The notes below the pieces were generated by a model that saw nothing but the letters and a program-made list of their open reading frames with translations, ran no database searches and was not told the DNA's origin. Position numbers and translations under genes: made by a program. DNA of 64,000 nt, from the NCBI GenBank assembly GCA_036337435.1, contig JAYZEG010000062.1, positions 96,001-160,000 of the forward strand. The letters run 5' to 3'. This stretch comes from Myxococcota bacterium (GTDB taxonomy: Bacteria; Myxococcota_A; Bradymonadia; UBA7976; UBA1532). Positions 1 to 8,563 of this stretch are shown one piece after another (positions within the stretch are counted from its first letter, which is position 1; each line of letters starts with the position of its first letter).

Positions 1-1
1 A

Positions 2-535
2 GATTCCATGACCTGGTTTGATCAGACTTTTTGAGTCCATTCGAGGTGAGACCTCGAACACATTACAGCGGGGTAACGGCGGATCGACACAGGCGGCAAT
101 CAAGTCTTCAAGCCAGGCCCGTGTACCCCCTTTTAATTCTGTAGGAACACCTCCATCGATTTGCCCTGTATCGTCGATTCCGACAAATAGGAGTCCACCA
201 GAGCCATTGGCAAAAGCCGACGCTTGTTTCGATAGAAAAAACAGGAAATCCGGTTGAATTTCTTGGGGACTCTTCATCAGCCAGCCAGAGCCTTTGAATT
301 CTTGAAAGTCATGCTCATGGGGTTCGAGCCCCAAGAGCATTTGTTCTGTCCAAGATTCTGCGCGAGTCAGAGTCTCAGGGGTCTGTGTTGAGTCTAGATT
401 CACGGCTGATAGAATTGAGCGTGTCGACGCGCGGGTGGTTTCAACCTCCGGTGGTCTGACTGACGGTTTTGCGTCTGCCTCTGCCTTGTTTTCGGACGTT
501 TGCTGCCCGTCATCTTTGTTTGTGCTATCAGTCAA
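2..535 (-). CDS. Partial AlbA_2 (Schlafen-like) domain protein, 3' end runs off the window
   Basis: Absent from the ORF track; translated by hand from TTG at 535: ...LEPHEHDFQEFKGSGW...SKQASAFANGSGGLLFVGIDDTGQIDGG... The E-x4-E-x-K and SAFAN-x2-GG-x4-GI-x-D motifs are characteristic of AlbA_2. Start codon uncertain. Confidence 0.8.
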   Translation of the reverse strand, partial: MTDSTNKDDGQQTSENKAEADAKPSVRPPEVETTRASTRSILSAVNLDSTQTPETLTRAESWTEQMLLGLEPHEHDFQEFKGSGWLMKSPQEIQPDFLFFLSKQASAFANGSGGLLFVGIDDTGQIDGGVPTELKGGTRAWLEDLIAACVDPPLPRCNVFEVSPRMDSKSLIKPGHGI

Positions 536-642
536 AAAAAACTCGGCCTGTTTGGTTCATTTCGGTCGCTTTGATCGTGACCGCATTGCGGCTCATTGGC
601 AAAGGTAAATTTATTGGCCGGCCGCTCGCTTAGGGTCTACGG

Positions 643-1461
643 ATGACAGATTTGCTACTGAAGGAAAAATTTGACAGCGAGGGGTATGTTGTCCTCCCGT
701 CCGTCATTGACCCCGATTTGTGTCGAGAGGCGAGGACACGGTCGTGGAACATCGTCAATGATTTTGCGCCAGACAACGTCACCGCACCCTTTACGACGGA
801 TCCAAATAAACGATACGTCGACCGTTATTTTCTGGATTCAGCTCGAGCAATTTCAGTCTTCTATGAAGATCCAGACATCGTGGGTGGCGAAATCCGGCGA
901 CCCAACAAAATTGGACACGCACTTCATGAACGAGATGATTTTTTCTCTCGTTTTGCTCGGTTACCGGCGATTCAAGGTGCGGTTGCCAGTCTCGGTATAC
1001 AGAGTCCCAAGTTAATTCAATCAATGGTGGTCTTTAAGACAGCTGATGGGGGTGGGTCAGTCAATTGGCATCGTGATGCCACATTCTTGTATGCAGAACC
1101 GTATCCAATTCTCGGCATCTGGATCGCGTTGGAGCCAGCGGCTCTCGAGAATGGTTGCCTCCAAGTCTATCCACGGTCCCACTTAGGCGAGTTGGACACC
1201 CGATATATCAGGCAGTCCGATGACTCGTGCCTGTTTAAAAAGCTGTCGGACTCCTCGCCGTCTTCTCATCAAGCGTCGGCCATCGAAGTCGACACAGGTT
1301 CAATGGTTCTCATGCATGGCCATCTTGCCCATGCGAGCATGCCTAATCGTTCATCACGTTCGAGATTGGCCTTTACGCTTCATGTTCTCGATGGACGAAG
1401 CCATTACGCATCAGACAATTGGTTGCGTTCATCTGCTGACGCCCCATTCAATGGCTTCTAG
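643..1461 (+). CDS. Phytanoyl-CoA dioxygenase family (PhyH/PHYHD1-like) Fe(II)/2-oxoglutarate oxygenase
   Basis: FDSEGYVVL start, NKIGHALH, WHRD (HxD iron ligands), WIALE-x5-NGCL, distal His in LAHAS, and Arg in SRLAFTLH. Confidence 0.9.
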   Translation: MTDLLLKEKFDSEGYVVLPSVIDPDLCREARTRSWNIVNDFAPDNVTAPFTTDPNKRYVDRYFLDSARAISVFYEDPDIVGGEIRRPNKIGHALHERDDFFSRFARLPAIQGAVASLGIQSPKLIQSMVVFKTADGGGSVNWHRDATFLYAEPYPILGIWIALEPAALENGCLQVYPRSHLGELDTRYIRQSDDSCLFKKLSDSSPSSHQASAIEVDTGSMVLMHGHLAHASMPNRSSRSRLAFTLHVLDGRSHYASDNWLRSSADAPFNGF

Positions 1462-1505
1462 GTCTATTTGAACCATGGTCTGGGTATTTGAGGCCATCGT
1501 TCAAT

Positions 1506-4500
1506 TTAAGGCGTGCTGGCTTTCGGTATTCGGTATCGTTTGAATAGACTGATATTGTCCCTCAGTGACGATTCATACGGTCTGACATTGGCCCGCGGAG
1601 TCGAGTACTCTAAGAGATGGTTATTGTCGCTTGAGATCAAGTCCAATGCATTGATACCGGCCTCACTCATACCCATAAGAAACCTGTCGAGTTCGCGTGG
1701 GTTGAGCAATAAATTCTGGCTGAGTTCGGGCAGTTTTCCTCCAAATAAATCGAGAAGCGGTTTCAAATTTGGAACTCGAGTCAACGCTTCGCCAATCTTC
1801 GGGTTGGGTGGACATGGCTCGGTACAAGCGACCATCATGCCTTGACCGCCGACCATATACAGCCAGACATCATCAAATTCATTTCTCATTGTCGCAATGA
1901 TTGAAACGAGGTCTGTCGCACTGAGTCGGTGTAATTGAATCCACTGTTGGAATACTCCTTTTGGACGCAGCCTCTTTTTTGCGAGCTGATAGAATTCTGA
2001 GTTGTATAGCGACGCAGCCCCAGCAAACCAGATACTGCTGACTTCGATGCTGATGAGGTCGTATTTATTTTCTGTCAGCATCAAATAATTTCGACCATCG
2101 GTGACGTAGGTGTTTACGCCTTCGCGTGACAAGACCTTGCCATTTTTTCGAGCAAAATAGGTTTTGGCCAGACGCAACAAATCTTCACTAAGTTCGACGA
2201 TGTCGACAGTTGCATAACCACCATCATGCAGGGTTCTGGCCGTGACTCCCGTCCCAAAACCGACAACCAAACTACGCGCTCTCTTATCCGTATGCATCAT
2301 GGGGACTAATCCGAAACCAACTTGGGCACGCATTTCACGTTTATTTGATGAATCGCCCTGGAATTTTCCGTTGGTCAACAGCGTGTAAATCACCTCGCCT
2401 TGTTCATCTTCCGAGCGTTGAACTGTGGTGAGTCCACCGTCTAGACTCTCTGCATAATCAATGACGTCTCCATAGCCCTGACCATGGAAGTAAACATTCG
2501 CACCGGTGGCCAACTGATTCATGTTAAACCCGTCAGGCAGACATGGGAAAAGGGCCATGCAAAGGAGCAGTGGGAGGACCAAGCGTCGCCGTTCTACAGG
2601 CGGCAAACTCCAAGCAACCAGGACGCTCAACCCAAGTGCGATTCCGGCGATGAGCTCAAGGGTCGAGAAAGAACCCAAACCGGGTATAAGTACGAATCCG
2701 CCGATCAACGCACCAATAATGTTGCCTAGCGTATTACTCGCGGACGCACGTCCGAGTGCCAGGAGCCGAATTTTAGGCCAAGCCTGTCCGACAAGCTCCA
2801 TTGAGAACGGGTAAGCCATGCCGATCAAAGTGCTCACAGGAAGCATGGTCAAAGCACAGGTTACGAAGCGCACGAACTCGCGTTTCTCAAAGGTCTTTGT
2901 GTCGCCATATTGCGAGAAGCTTTCAAAATAGCCCGGAATTTGATCCCACCAGAACAAGCCCAAAACGATGACGAAAGCCATACCAAGGTAGCTGTACGCC
3001 AATCCGATGCCGGCGGAGATATCTTTATCGAGCAGGCGCTTGCTCACGCTTGCACCTCCGCCCAGGCCGACGAGAAAACAGAAAAGCATGAGCGCAAAGG
3101 CATAGACGCTATTGCCGGCGACTACAGCCAACAGATGGATGTATGTTGACTCTAACGCGAGAGTCAGGATGCCGCCGATCATCAGGACAAAAACAGCGAC
3201 TTTACCTCGACTCAATTGTGCGGAGCTGGCCCCGTCTACGTTGACTTGCCTCGTGTCTGTGGTCGCGGATAGCAAAGGGAACTGATCGTCGTCTCGATCG
3301 CTTTGTTGTCGCAGCAGGATTTTGCTTATCCAAAGGGCGGCCAGAGCAGCGATGAGGTTCATGGCCACAGCGAGACCTGTGGCCCCCTGACTGCCCAACG
3401 TGGGTAACAGGAGGTATCCCGTGGCGAGTGCACCGACTGCAGCCCCCAACGTGTTGGCACTGTATAGGCGCCCGACCGAGCTGCCGAAATGCTCATTCTT
3501 CTCTTCAAAATACGCTGTCAAAACCGGCAGGGTCATGCCCATTAAAATCGTGGGTGGTGTTAGAATGAGCAGCCCAAATACAAGTTGAATAGCGACAAAT
3601 TTTGGTTCTGAGGGGTCGCCGCCAGCGGCGACGGTGATGTACATATCTTTGATCAGCTCAAAGAGCCATGGTGTGAGAATGCACCATATTGCAATGCCAA
3701 CCTCGCAGACCATGTAGACTCTAATTGGGTCATGCTTGGCATTGGCAACCCGGCCACCGACCCAAGACCCAATTGCAATGCCCGCCATGAAAGCTGTCAG
3801 AACGGTCGCGGACGCAGTTCCCATGCTGCCAAAGGTCAGTGCCAAAGCCTTTGCAAACACGACTTGATACACCAATGCGGCAAATCCAGATGCAAAGAAC
3901 ATGCTGCCGATCCACGGTGCAAATCGATCTCGTTTTGGCGGGATGGCATCTGTTGGGGCCATCCTGATATCGAGACTGTTAACAGACGGCCTAAGTTCGT
4001 TTAGTGACATGACGAAATGGACGATGGTGATACCGGCAAACAGCCAGGTCAACCAGCTTTGATCCCTCATGATGACAGGGGCGTAGATGACCGCGGCACA
4101 CCAGGCCACGAATAGGATCGCCGCGTATCGTACTTTTGCAATTCGTCTCGGTCCAGGATGGATCAAACTCAAAATGCCAATGACAAGGGGACCTGCTGCG
4201 AGTAGGTCAACGATGTAATGGAGACCTAAGGCAATGGTTGCGAGGAGAGTAAGCCCGAGGAAAATCGCTGCCAGAGAAAAAACCAGGCGTCCGAGTGGCC
4301 TCGCGTAAGCCAGTACCACTAAGGCCCAGGCCGTGTGAAGGGATGGAAAACAATTTCGATACTCCGGTATCGCCAAATAGCGAATTGCTTTCATCTTCTC
4401 TGCATTCGGCGGGTCACCTGGAAATCCCGATCTGAAGAAGTAGGTGGGTCCGACCACTGGAATGATGTGATAGAGGGCGAATCCAGCCACGCCGACCCAT

Positions 4501-5249
4501 AGAAATGCGGATAAGATGCCGCTTTCATTTTGCCCTTTTAGACGCTTCGATATGACAAAAACAGCAGCAGCAGCAGCCGGCAAATGCATGTAAATGAGGA
4601 CAAGCAAGCCGCGGAGTATAGGCATGGACGCCACGCCAGCGGCGATCTGAAATGAGGGAGCGTCGAAAAATGCAGAGTCGATCATGTAGACCGATGCATC
4701 GAACACCCGTGGGTGTAAGATACGAGTGAGGCCAACAAAACTGATACTTGCCGCGATGAAGCCGGGGAGAAGGTACATTTTTCCGAGGACGTTGGCTTTT
4801 CGATTCGACCCAAGTGTTTGCAGACCGAACTGGGTCACAATGGCCGTTAAACCAAGGCCGGTGCCCAGGTTGAGCAGGACTTGGTACAGCGTATGAGAGC
4901 CACCAGGGCGGTACCGGCTAAGAGCAATATCGACGCTTAAGCCCACAACGGTAACCAGTATGCACGTCTTGATGCCGGGTTTTTGGCTCAGGAAAATTAA
5001 AAATGAGCCGAGTAGTGCTGAACTTAGAAAAGGAGAACCGTTACCAAACAAACCAAGAACATGCTTGTGCGGTGGATCGACGACAGCCGCCAGACCGAGG
5101 ATTTCACCAACCAAGATCAAGGCGATGAGGGTGATGGTCCAACCGCCAATAGACTGTTCATAAAGACTCGCATTTGAGTCCAGCTGTGTCTCTGTTGATT
5201 CTGTGGCGGACGGACTAGACATTGATCTCGGTTGACCTTGGTCGTTCAC
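1506..5249 (-). CDS. Fusion: PAP2 (IPC-synthase/PAP2_3-like) domain + multi-TM domain + spermidine synthase-like SAM-fold domain
   Basis: NCFPSLHTAW and LGLHYIVDL (PAP2 motifs). FFASGFAALVYQVVF and LYSANTLGAAVG are typical of fused MFS/spermidine synthases. NGKFQG, VVGFGTGVT, VDIVEL and DGRNYL..YDLI mark the C-terminal domain. Confidence 0.85.
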   Translation of the reverse strand: MNDQGQPRSMSSPSATESTETQLDSNASLYEQSIGGWTITLIALILVGEILGLAAVVDPPHKHVLGLFGNGSPFLSSALLGSFLIFLSQKPGIKTCILVTVVGLSVDIALSRYRPGGSHTLYQVLLNLGTGLGLTAIVTQFGLQTLGSNRKANVLGKMYLLPGFIAASISFVGLTRILHPRVFDASVYMIDSAFFDAPSFQIAAGVASMPILRGLLVLIYMHLPAAAAAVFVISKRLKGQNESGILSAFLWVGVAGFALYHIIPVVGPTYFFRSGFPGDPPNAEKMKAIRYLAIPEYRNCFPSLHTAWALVVLAYARPLGRLVFSLAAIFLGLTLLATIALGLHYIVDLLAAGPLVIGILSLIHPGPRRIAKVRYAAILFVAWCAAVIYAPVIMRDQSWLTWLFAGITIVHFVMSLNELRPSVNSLDIRMAPTDAIPPKRDRFAPWIGSMFFASGFAALVYQVVFAKALALTFGSMGTASATVLTAFMAGIAIGSWVGGRVANAKHDPIRVYMVCEVGIAIWCILTPWLFELIKDMYITVAAGGDPSEPKFVAIQLVFGLLILTPPTILMGMTLPVLTAYFEEKNEHFGSSVGRLYSANTLGAAVGALATGYLLLPTLGSQGATGLAVAMNLIAALAALWISKILLRQQSDRDDDQFPLLSATTDTRQVNVDGASSAQLSRGKVAVFVLMIGGILTLALESTYIHLLAVVAGNSVYAFALMLFCFLVGLGGGASVSKRLLDKDISAGIGLAYSYLGMAFVIVLGLFWWDQIPGYFESFSQYGDTKTFEKREFVRFVTCALTMLPVSTLIGMAYPFSMELVGQAWPKIRLLALGRASASNTLGNIIGALIGGFVLIPGLGSFSTLELIAGIALGLSVLVAWSLPPVERRRLVLPLLLCMALFPCLPDGFNMNQLATGANVYFHGQGYGDVIDYAESLDGGLTTVQRSEDEQGEVIYTLLTNGKFQGDSSNKREMRAQVGFGLVPMMHTDKRARSLVVGFGTGVTARTLHDGGYATVDIVELSEDLLRLAKTYFARKNGKVLSREGVNTYVTDGRNYLMLTENKYDLISIEVSSIWFAGAASLYNSEFYQLAKKRLRPKGVFQQWIQLHRLSATDLVSIIATMRNEFDDVWLYMVGGQGMMVACTEPCPPNPKIGEALTRVPNLKPLLDLFGGKLPELSQNLLLNPRELDRFLMGMSEAGINALDLISSDNNHLLEYSTPRANVRPYESSLRDNISLFKRYRIPKASTP

Positions 5250-5311
5250 ATTGCAAATGCAGACCCTTATTGCACCTTTGGGACGCCATGTCGATCAGCA
5301 GAAACGTAGCC

Positions 5312-5548
5312 CTATCTGATCGGCTGTCCTCGTCCAACCAATTCAGTCAGGAGGCTTTGAAACCGTTCCTTGGAGATCGATATTTTTTCGCAGACGCGTC
5401 CGTAGAGCATTAAGGTCGGAATGGAGCGACCGGGCCTCTCTTTTTGTGCTTCGTGCAAGGTGTACAAAATGACCCGTTGTTCTCGCGTAAGGCCATCTCG
5501 CACATCTGGCAGTTGATGGGGATTCACATAAGCCCGATTATCATTCAC
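5312..5548 (-). CDS. Small (78 aa) protein resembling the GyrA/ParC N-terminal helical segment
   Basis: Likely GTG start at 5548 after AAAGG; the ORF track extends it to 5728, overlapping the next gene. Sequence LPDVRDGLTREQRVILYTLHE...PTLMLYGRV. Confidence 0.75.
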   Translation of the reverse strand: MNDNRAYVNPHQLPDVRDGLTREQRVILYTLHEAQKERPGRSIPTLMLYGRVCEKISISKERFQSLLTELVGRGQPIR

Positions 5549-5699
5549 GTGTGGGCCTTTCAAAAAACAGAGATTGACTTTGTTGCGATCTTTGGGTGTT
5601 TGATGGGGTGAGTGTACACATTTCTGCACTGGGAGTATTCTGTATTCGAAACCGGAAACACTCCGTATCCGAACCTGACCGACGAGTGGATTTATTGAT

Positions 5700-7742
5700 T
5701 TGTTTTGGTTCTTAATCGCTATCACCATCGCTTTGGGCGCCGTCTACGGAGGGTGGAGATGGTCGATTTTGCTCGGGTGTGCTGCGGCCGTTCTCGCATT
5801 GGCTCGACAGGGTGAACCAACCACTCAACCCCCGTCGGTCGTTCGAATCAAAGCTAATGAAACAGGCACGGGGCAGAAAACATGTCGGCGATGTCACCCA
5901 GCTGAATGGAAAACCTGGAATGCCAGTTACCACAAGACCATGACTCAGCTGCCATCCGACGAGACAGTTCTCGCGCCATTCAAGCAGGACTTGAATGGAT
6001 TGTCCGGACGTTGGCGCCTATTTCAGGATGAGGGTCTCTACAAGGCGGAACACACGGAACCCAATGGCCGCGTGAAGACGGCGACGGTGGCGCTGCTGAC
6101 CGGGTCTCATCACATGCAGAACTACTGGTTATCGGTTGGAGACGGCTGGTTGATACAGCTTCCTTGGGTCTGGTGGATTAAAGGGCAGCGATGGATTCCC
6201 GTCGAAATGTCTTTTCTGAGGCCAGCGCCTACAGGCCCGGAGCCGCCATCAGTTTGGAACGATGAATGCGTATACTGTCATACGACGAGTGGATTTCGCG
6301 GGGCGGACCGTGCTGCAAATACAACCCAAAGCCAAGTCGATGAGTTAGGCATATCGTGTGAGTCTTGTCATGGGTCCGCAACCGCTCATGTTGCTCATTA
6401 TCAAAGTCCCATCAATCGCTATTTGGGTTGGCTGAATCGGCCGGTAGAAAAGATTACGGCACCGCTCAAGCCAACCGATGACAGCATCAATGTTTGTGGT
6501 CAGTGCCATGGTTTGTTTGCCCACCTAAATGGGCGAGCGCGGGATCTCGCAGGCGATTCCCATAAGCCTGGAGACGACCTTGCCAAAACCAGAAAGTTTC
6601 TGCGCTTAACTCCGTCTCCTCTGGTCGGTAAACGCCCTATTTTAAAATCAAAAGAAGGCCGAGGGCCAACGGTGATTCGCGGCTCGAGCGGGCCCCTTCA
6701 TCTGGTCGGTTTAAGCACCGATGGATTACACCTGGTGGGTGGTCCGAAAACCCCACAAAATCTATCTGTTTTCGTTGGTGAGCTTGCATTGAATGGGGAA
6801 TTTGAGCCGTACTCAGGTGGTGGATTTCTGAGTGTGCCTACGTGGACCGACCGACAATGGTATGGGATTCTTGATGCCCTTGGATATTCAGGCGTTGCAT
6901 TCAAACCTTATGATTGGAATGCATTTTGGGATGACGGAACCATGCGCACGGCGGGCCGAGCCCTCAACGGTATGCTTGATTCGGCCTGTGCATCCGCGGG
7001 CAGCATGACCTGTTCGACTTGTCACACCATGCATGGTCATGAGCCTGATGATCAGCTCAAAGCTGGCTATCGAGGGAATAAAGCCTGTGAATCCTGTCAC
7101 AAAGCCTACGTAGACGATCCCGTTAGCCATAGTAATCACCCGCTGAGTGGTGGCGGAAGCGATTGCCAAAACTGCCATATGCCGCACACAACCTATGGCC
7201 TCTTGGGGGCATCTCGGACACATCGTGTGGAAAATCCTAGGCCGTTTTTAATGCAGCAGCGCGGCCGGCCCAATGCATGTAATTTATGTCACATGGATAA
7301 GTCGGTTCGTTGGGCTCAAAGTTGGACGGACAAATGGTATGGTAAAAAAGGCAAAGACATGCCTCTTGACCGCCGTCCGGCTTTGGATGAACCCGCGGGT
7401 TTAGTTTGGCTGCTCTCCGGTGACGCAGCCCAGAGAGCAATTGCCCTTTGGCATCTGGGGTGGGGATACACACGTGAGATAGCTGGCACTGATCGCTGGT
7501 TGGACCAATTGAAGCCGATCTTGAAATCTGACCCGTATGCAGCTGTGAGGGCCATTTTTGAACAAGTCCTAAAGACCGTACAGCCAGATGAAAAATACGA
7601 CTTTACGCAGTGGCCTGCAGACGGTCATCATCCTATGGAAAGAGCCGACCAAGGTAAGGCTGTTCCGACGGTACACACCGAATCCTTATACCAATCATTG
7701 CTTGAGGATCGGATCGACAGGCCCATCATCATCGCAGAGTAG
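5700..7742 (+). CDS. Membrane-anchored multiheme c-type cytochrome (8 CxxCH)
   Basis: CRRCH, CVYCH, CESCH, CGQCH, CSTCH, CESCH, CQNCH and CNLCH motifs; hydrophobic N-terminus; C-terminal HEAT-like segment (DPYAAVR). Confidence 0.9.
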   Translation: MFWFLIAITIALGAVYGGWRWSILLGCAAAVLALARQGEPTTQPPSVVRIKANETGTGQKTCRRCHPAEWKTWNASYHKTMTQLPSDETVLAPFKQDLNGLSGRWRLFQDEGLYKAEHTEPNGRVKTATVALLTGSHHMQNYWLSVGDGWLIQLPWVWWIKGQRWIPVEMSFLRPAPTGPEPPSVWNDECVYCHTTSGFRGADRAANTTQSQVDELGISCESCHGSATAHVAHYQSPINRYLGWLNRPVEKITAPLKPTDDSINVCGQCHGLFAHLNGRARDLAGDSHKPGDDLAKTRKFLRLTPSPLVGKRPILKSKEGRGPTVIRGSSGPLHLVGLSTDGLHLVGGPKTPQNLSVFVGELALNGEFEPYSGGGFLSVPTWTDRQWYGILDALGYSGVAFKPYDWNAFWDDGTMRTAGRALNGMLDSACASAGSMTCSTCHTMHGHEPDDQLKAGYRGNKACESCHKAYVDDPVSHSNHPLSGGGSDCQNCHMPHTTYGLLGASRTHRVENPRPFLMQQRGRPNACNLCHMDKSVRWAQSWTDKWYGKKGKDMPLDRRPALDEPAGLVWLLSGDAAQRAIALWHLGWGYTREIAGTDRWLDQLKPILKSDPYAAVRAIFEQVLKTVQPDEKYDFTQWPADGHHPMERADQGKAVPTVHTESLYQSLLEDRIDRPIIIAE

Positions 7743-7776
7743 GTCTTTGCCAGCAAAAAATTGAAGTCTGGCTCGT

Positions 7777-8481
7777 TTATTTGACGATGTATTTGCTCTT
7801 ATCGGGACTTGGTTCGACGCTTGGGCTCGTTTTCTTTGGGCAGCCTTCTGCGTCCGGGTGGTCCTTGCAAAAATAGGCGACTGTGATGCCGAGATTACAC
7901 GCAACGCATTGGGCTTTCGCCTCGCGACAGCATGGATGATTAATCGCCCCGCTACACCCAGGCAGCTTTGGGTTATCTCGGCATATGACATTGATTGTTG
8001 TGCCCTTCTGACAGGCTAGGCACGTCGCGAATTCGTCTTTACAACAGTCGGGCTTTTCCTTTTCGGGTGGTGCACAGCCACTGGTCTCCGGTCTCTGAGC
8101 ACAATAATCCGCGATCGATACTTTTGCTTGGCATGCCAGGCATCGGACAGCAGGAATCTTGCAACATTCTTTAGATTTTATTTTCGTCATTAGCCGTTTA
8201 CGACAACGGTCTTTACACGCCCGTCTATTTGGTACACGTCGACACTTCGAGATGCACTTTTTGACGATTCTCAGAGTATGGCTGCTTTTCGTAGCACCAT
8301 CTGTTTTTGGTGTTCGAACTCGGATTTCAGCCTGCGAGAGACAGGTCAGCAGTGCAATAAAGAATAGAGATGTGGTGGCTAATAAAAACGGTCTTAATCT
8401 ACGGGAGTTCATGCTCTTTGAAATCCTATTCAGTCGTTGGCTGCTCCAGATTGAAAACGAACCTTTCGTATTCATATTCAT
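7777..8481 (-). CDS. Secreted cysteine-rich repeat protein
   Basis: Signal-like segment (RRLRPFLLATTSLFFIALLTCLSQA) followed by three CC-x6-C-x2-C-x9-C-x8-C repeats. Confidence 0.75.
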   Translation of the reverse strand: MNMNTKGSFSIWSSQRLNRISKSMNSRRLRPFLLATTSLFFIALLTCLSQAEIRVRTPKTDGATKSSHTLRIVKKCISKCRRVPNRRACKDRCRKRLMTKIKSKECCKIPAVRCLACQAKVSIADYCAQRPETSGCAPPEKEKPDCCKDEFATCLACQKGTTINVICRDNPKLPGCSGAINHPCCREAKAQCVACNLGITVAYFCKDHPDAEGCPKKTSPSVEPSPDKSKYIVK

Positions 8482-8563
8482 TGTCCATTCGGTTGAAGGT
8501 CAAGAGAAACTACAGTGTAGACGTGCCCAGACTGCTCCGACGCATCAGAGACCCTGTCTCCGT

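Noticed and set aside
534..560. A8 tract that puts an upstream ATG (560, minus strand) one base out of frame with the AlbA_2 ORF; possible phase variation
   Set aside because: An in-frame TTG at 535 explains the gene without slippage, the tract is short, and only about 8 residues would be added. It cannot be judged without reads.
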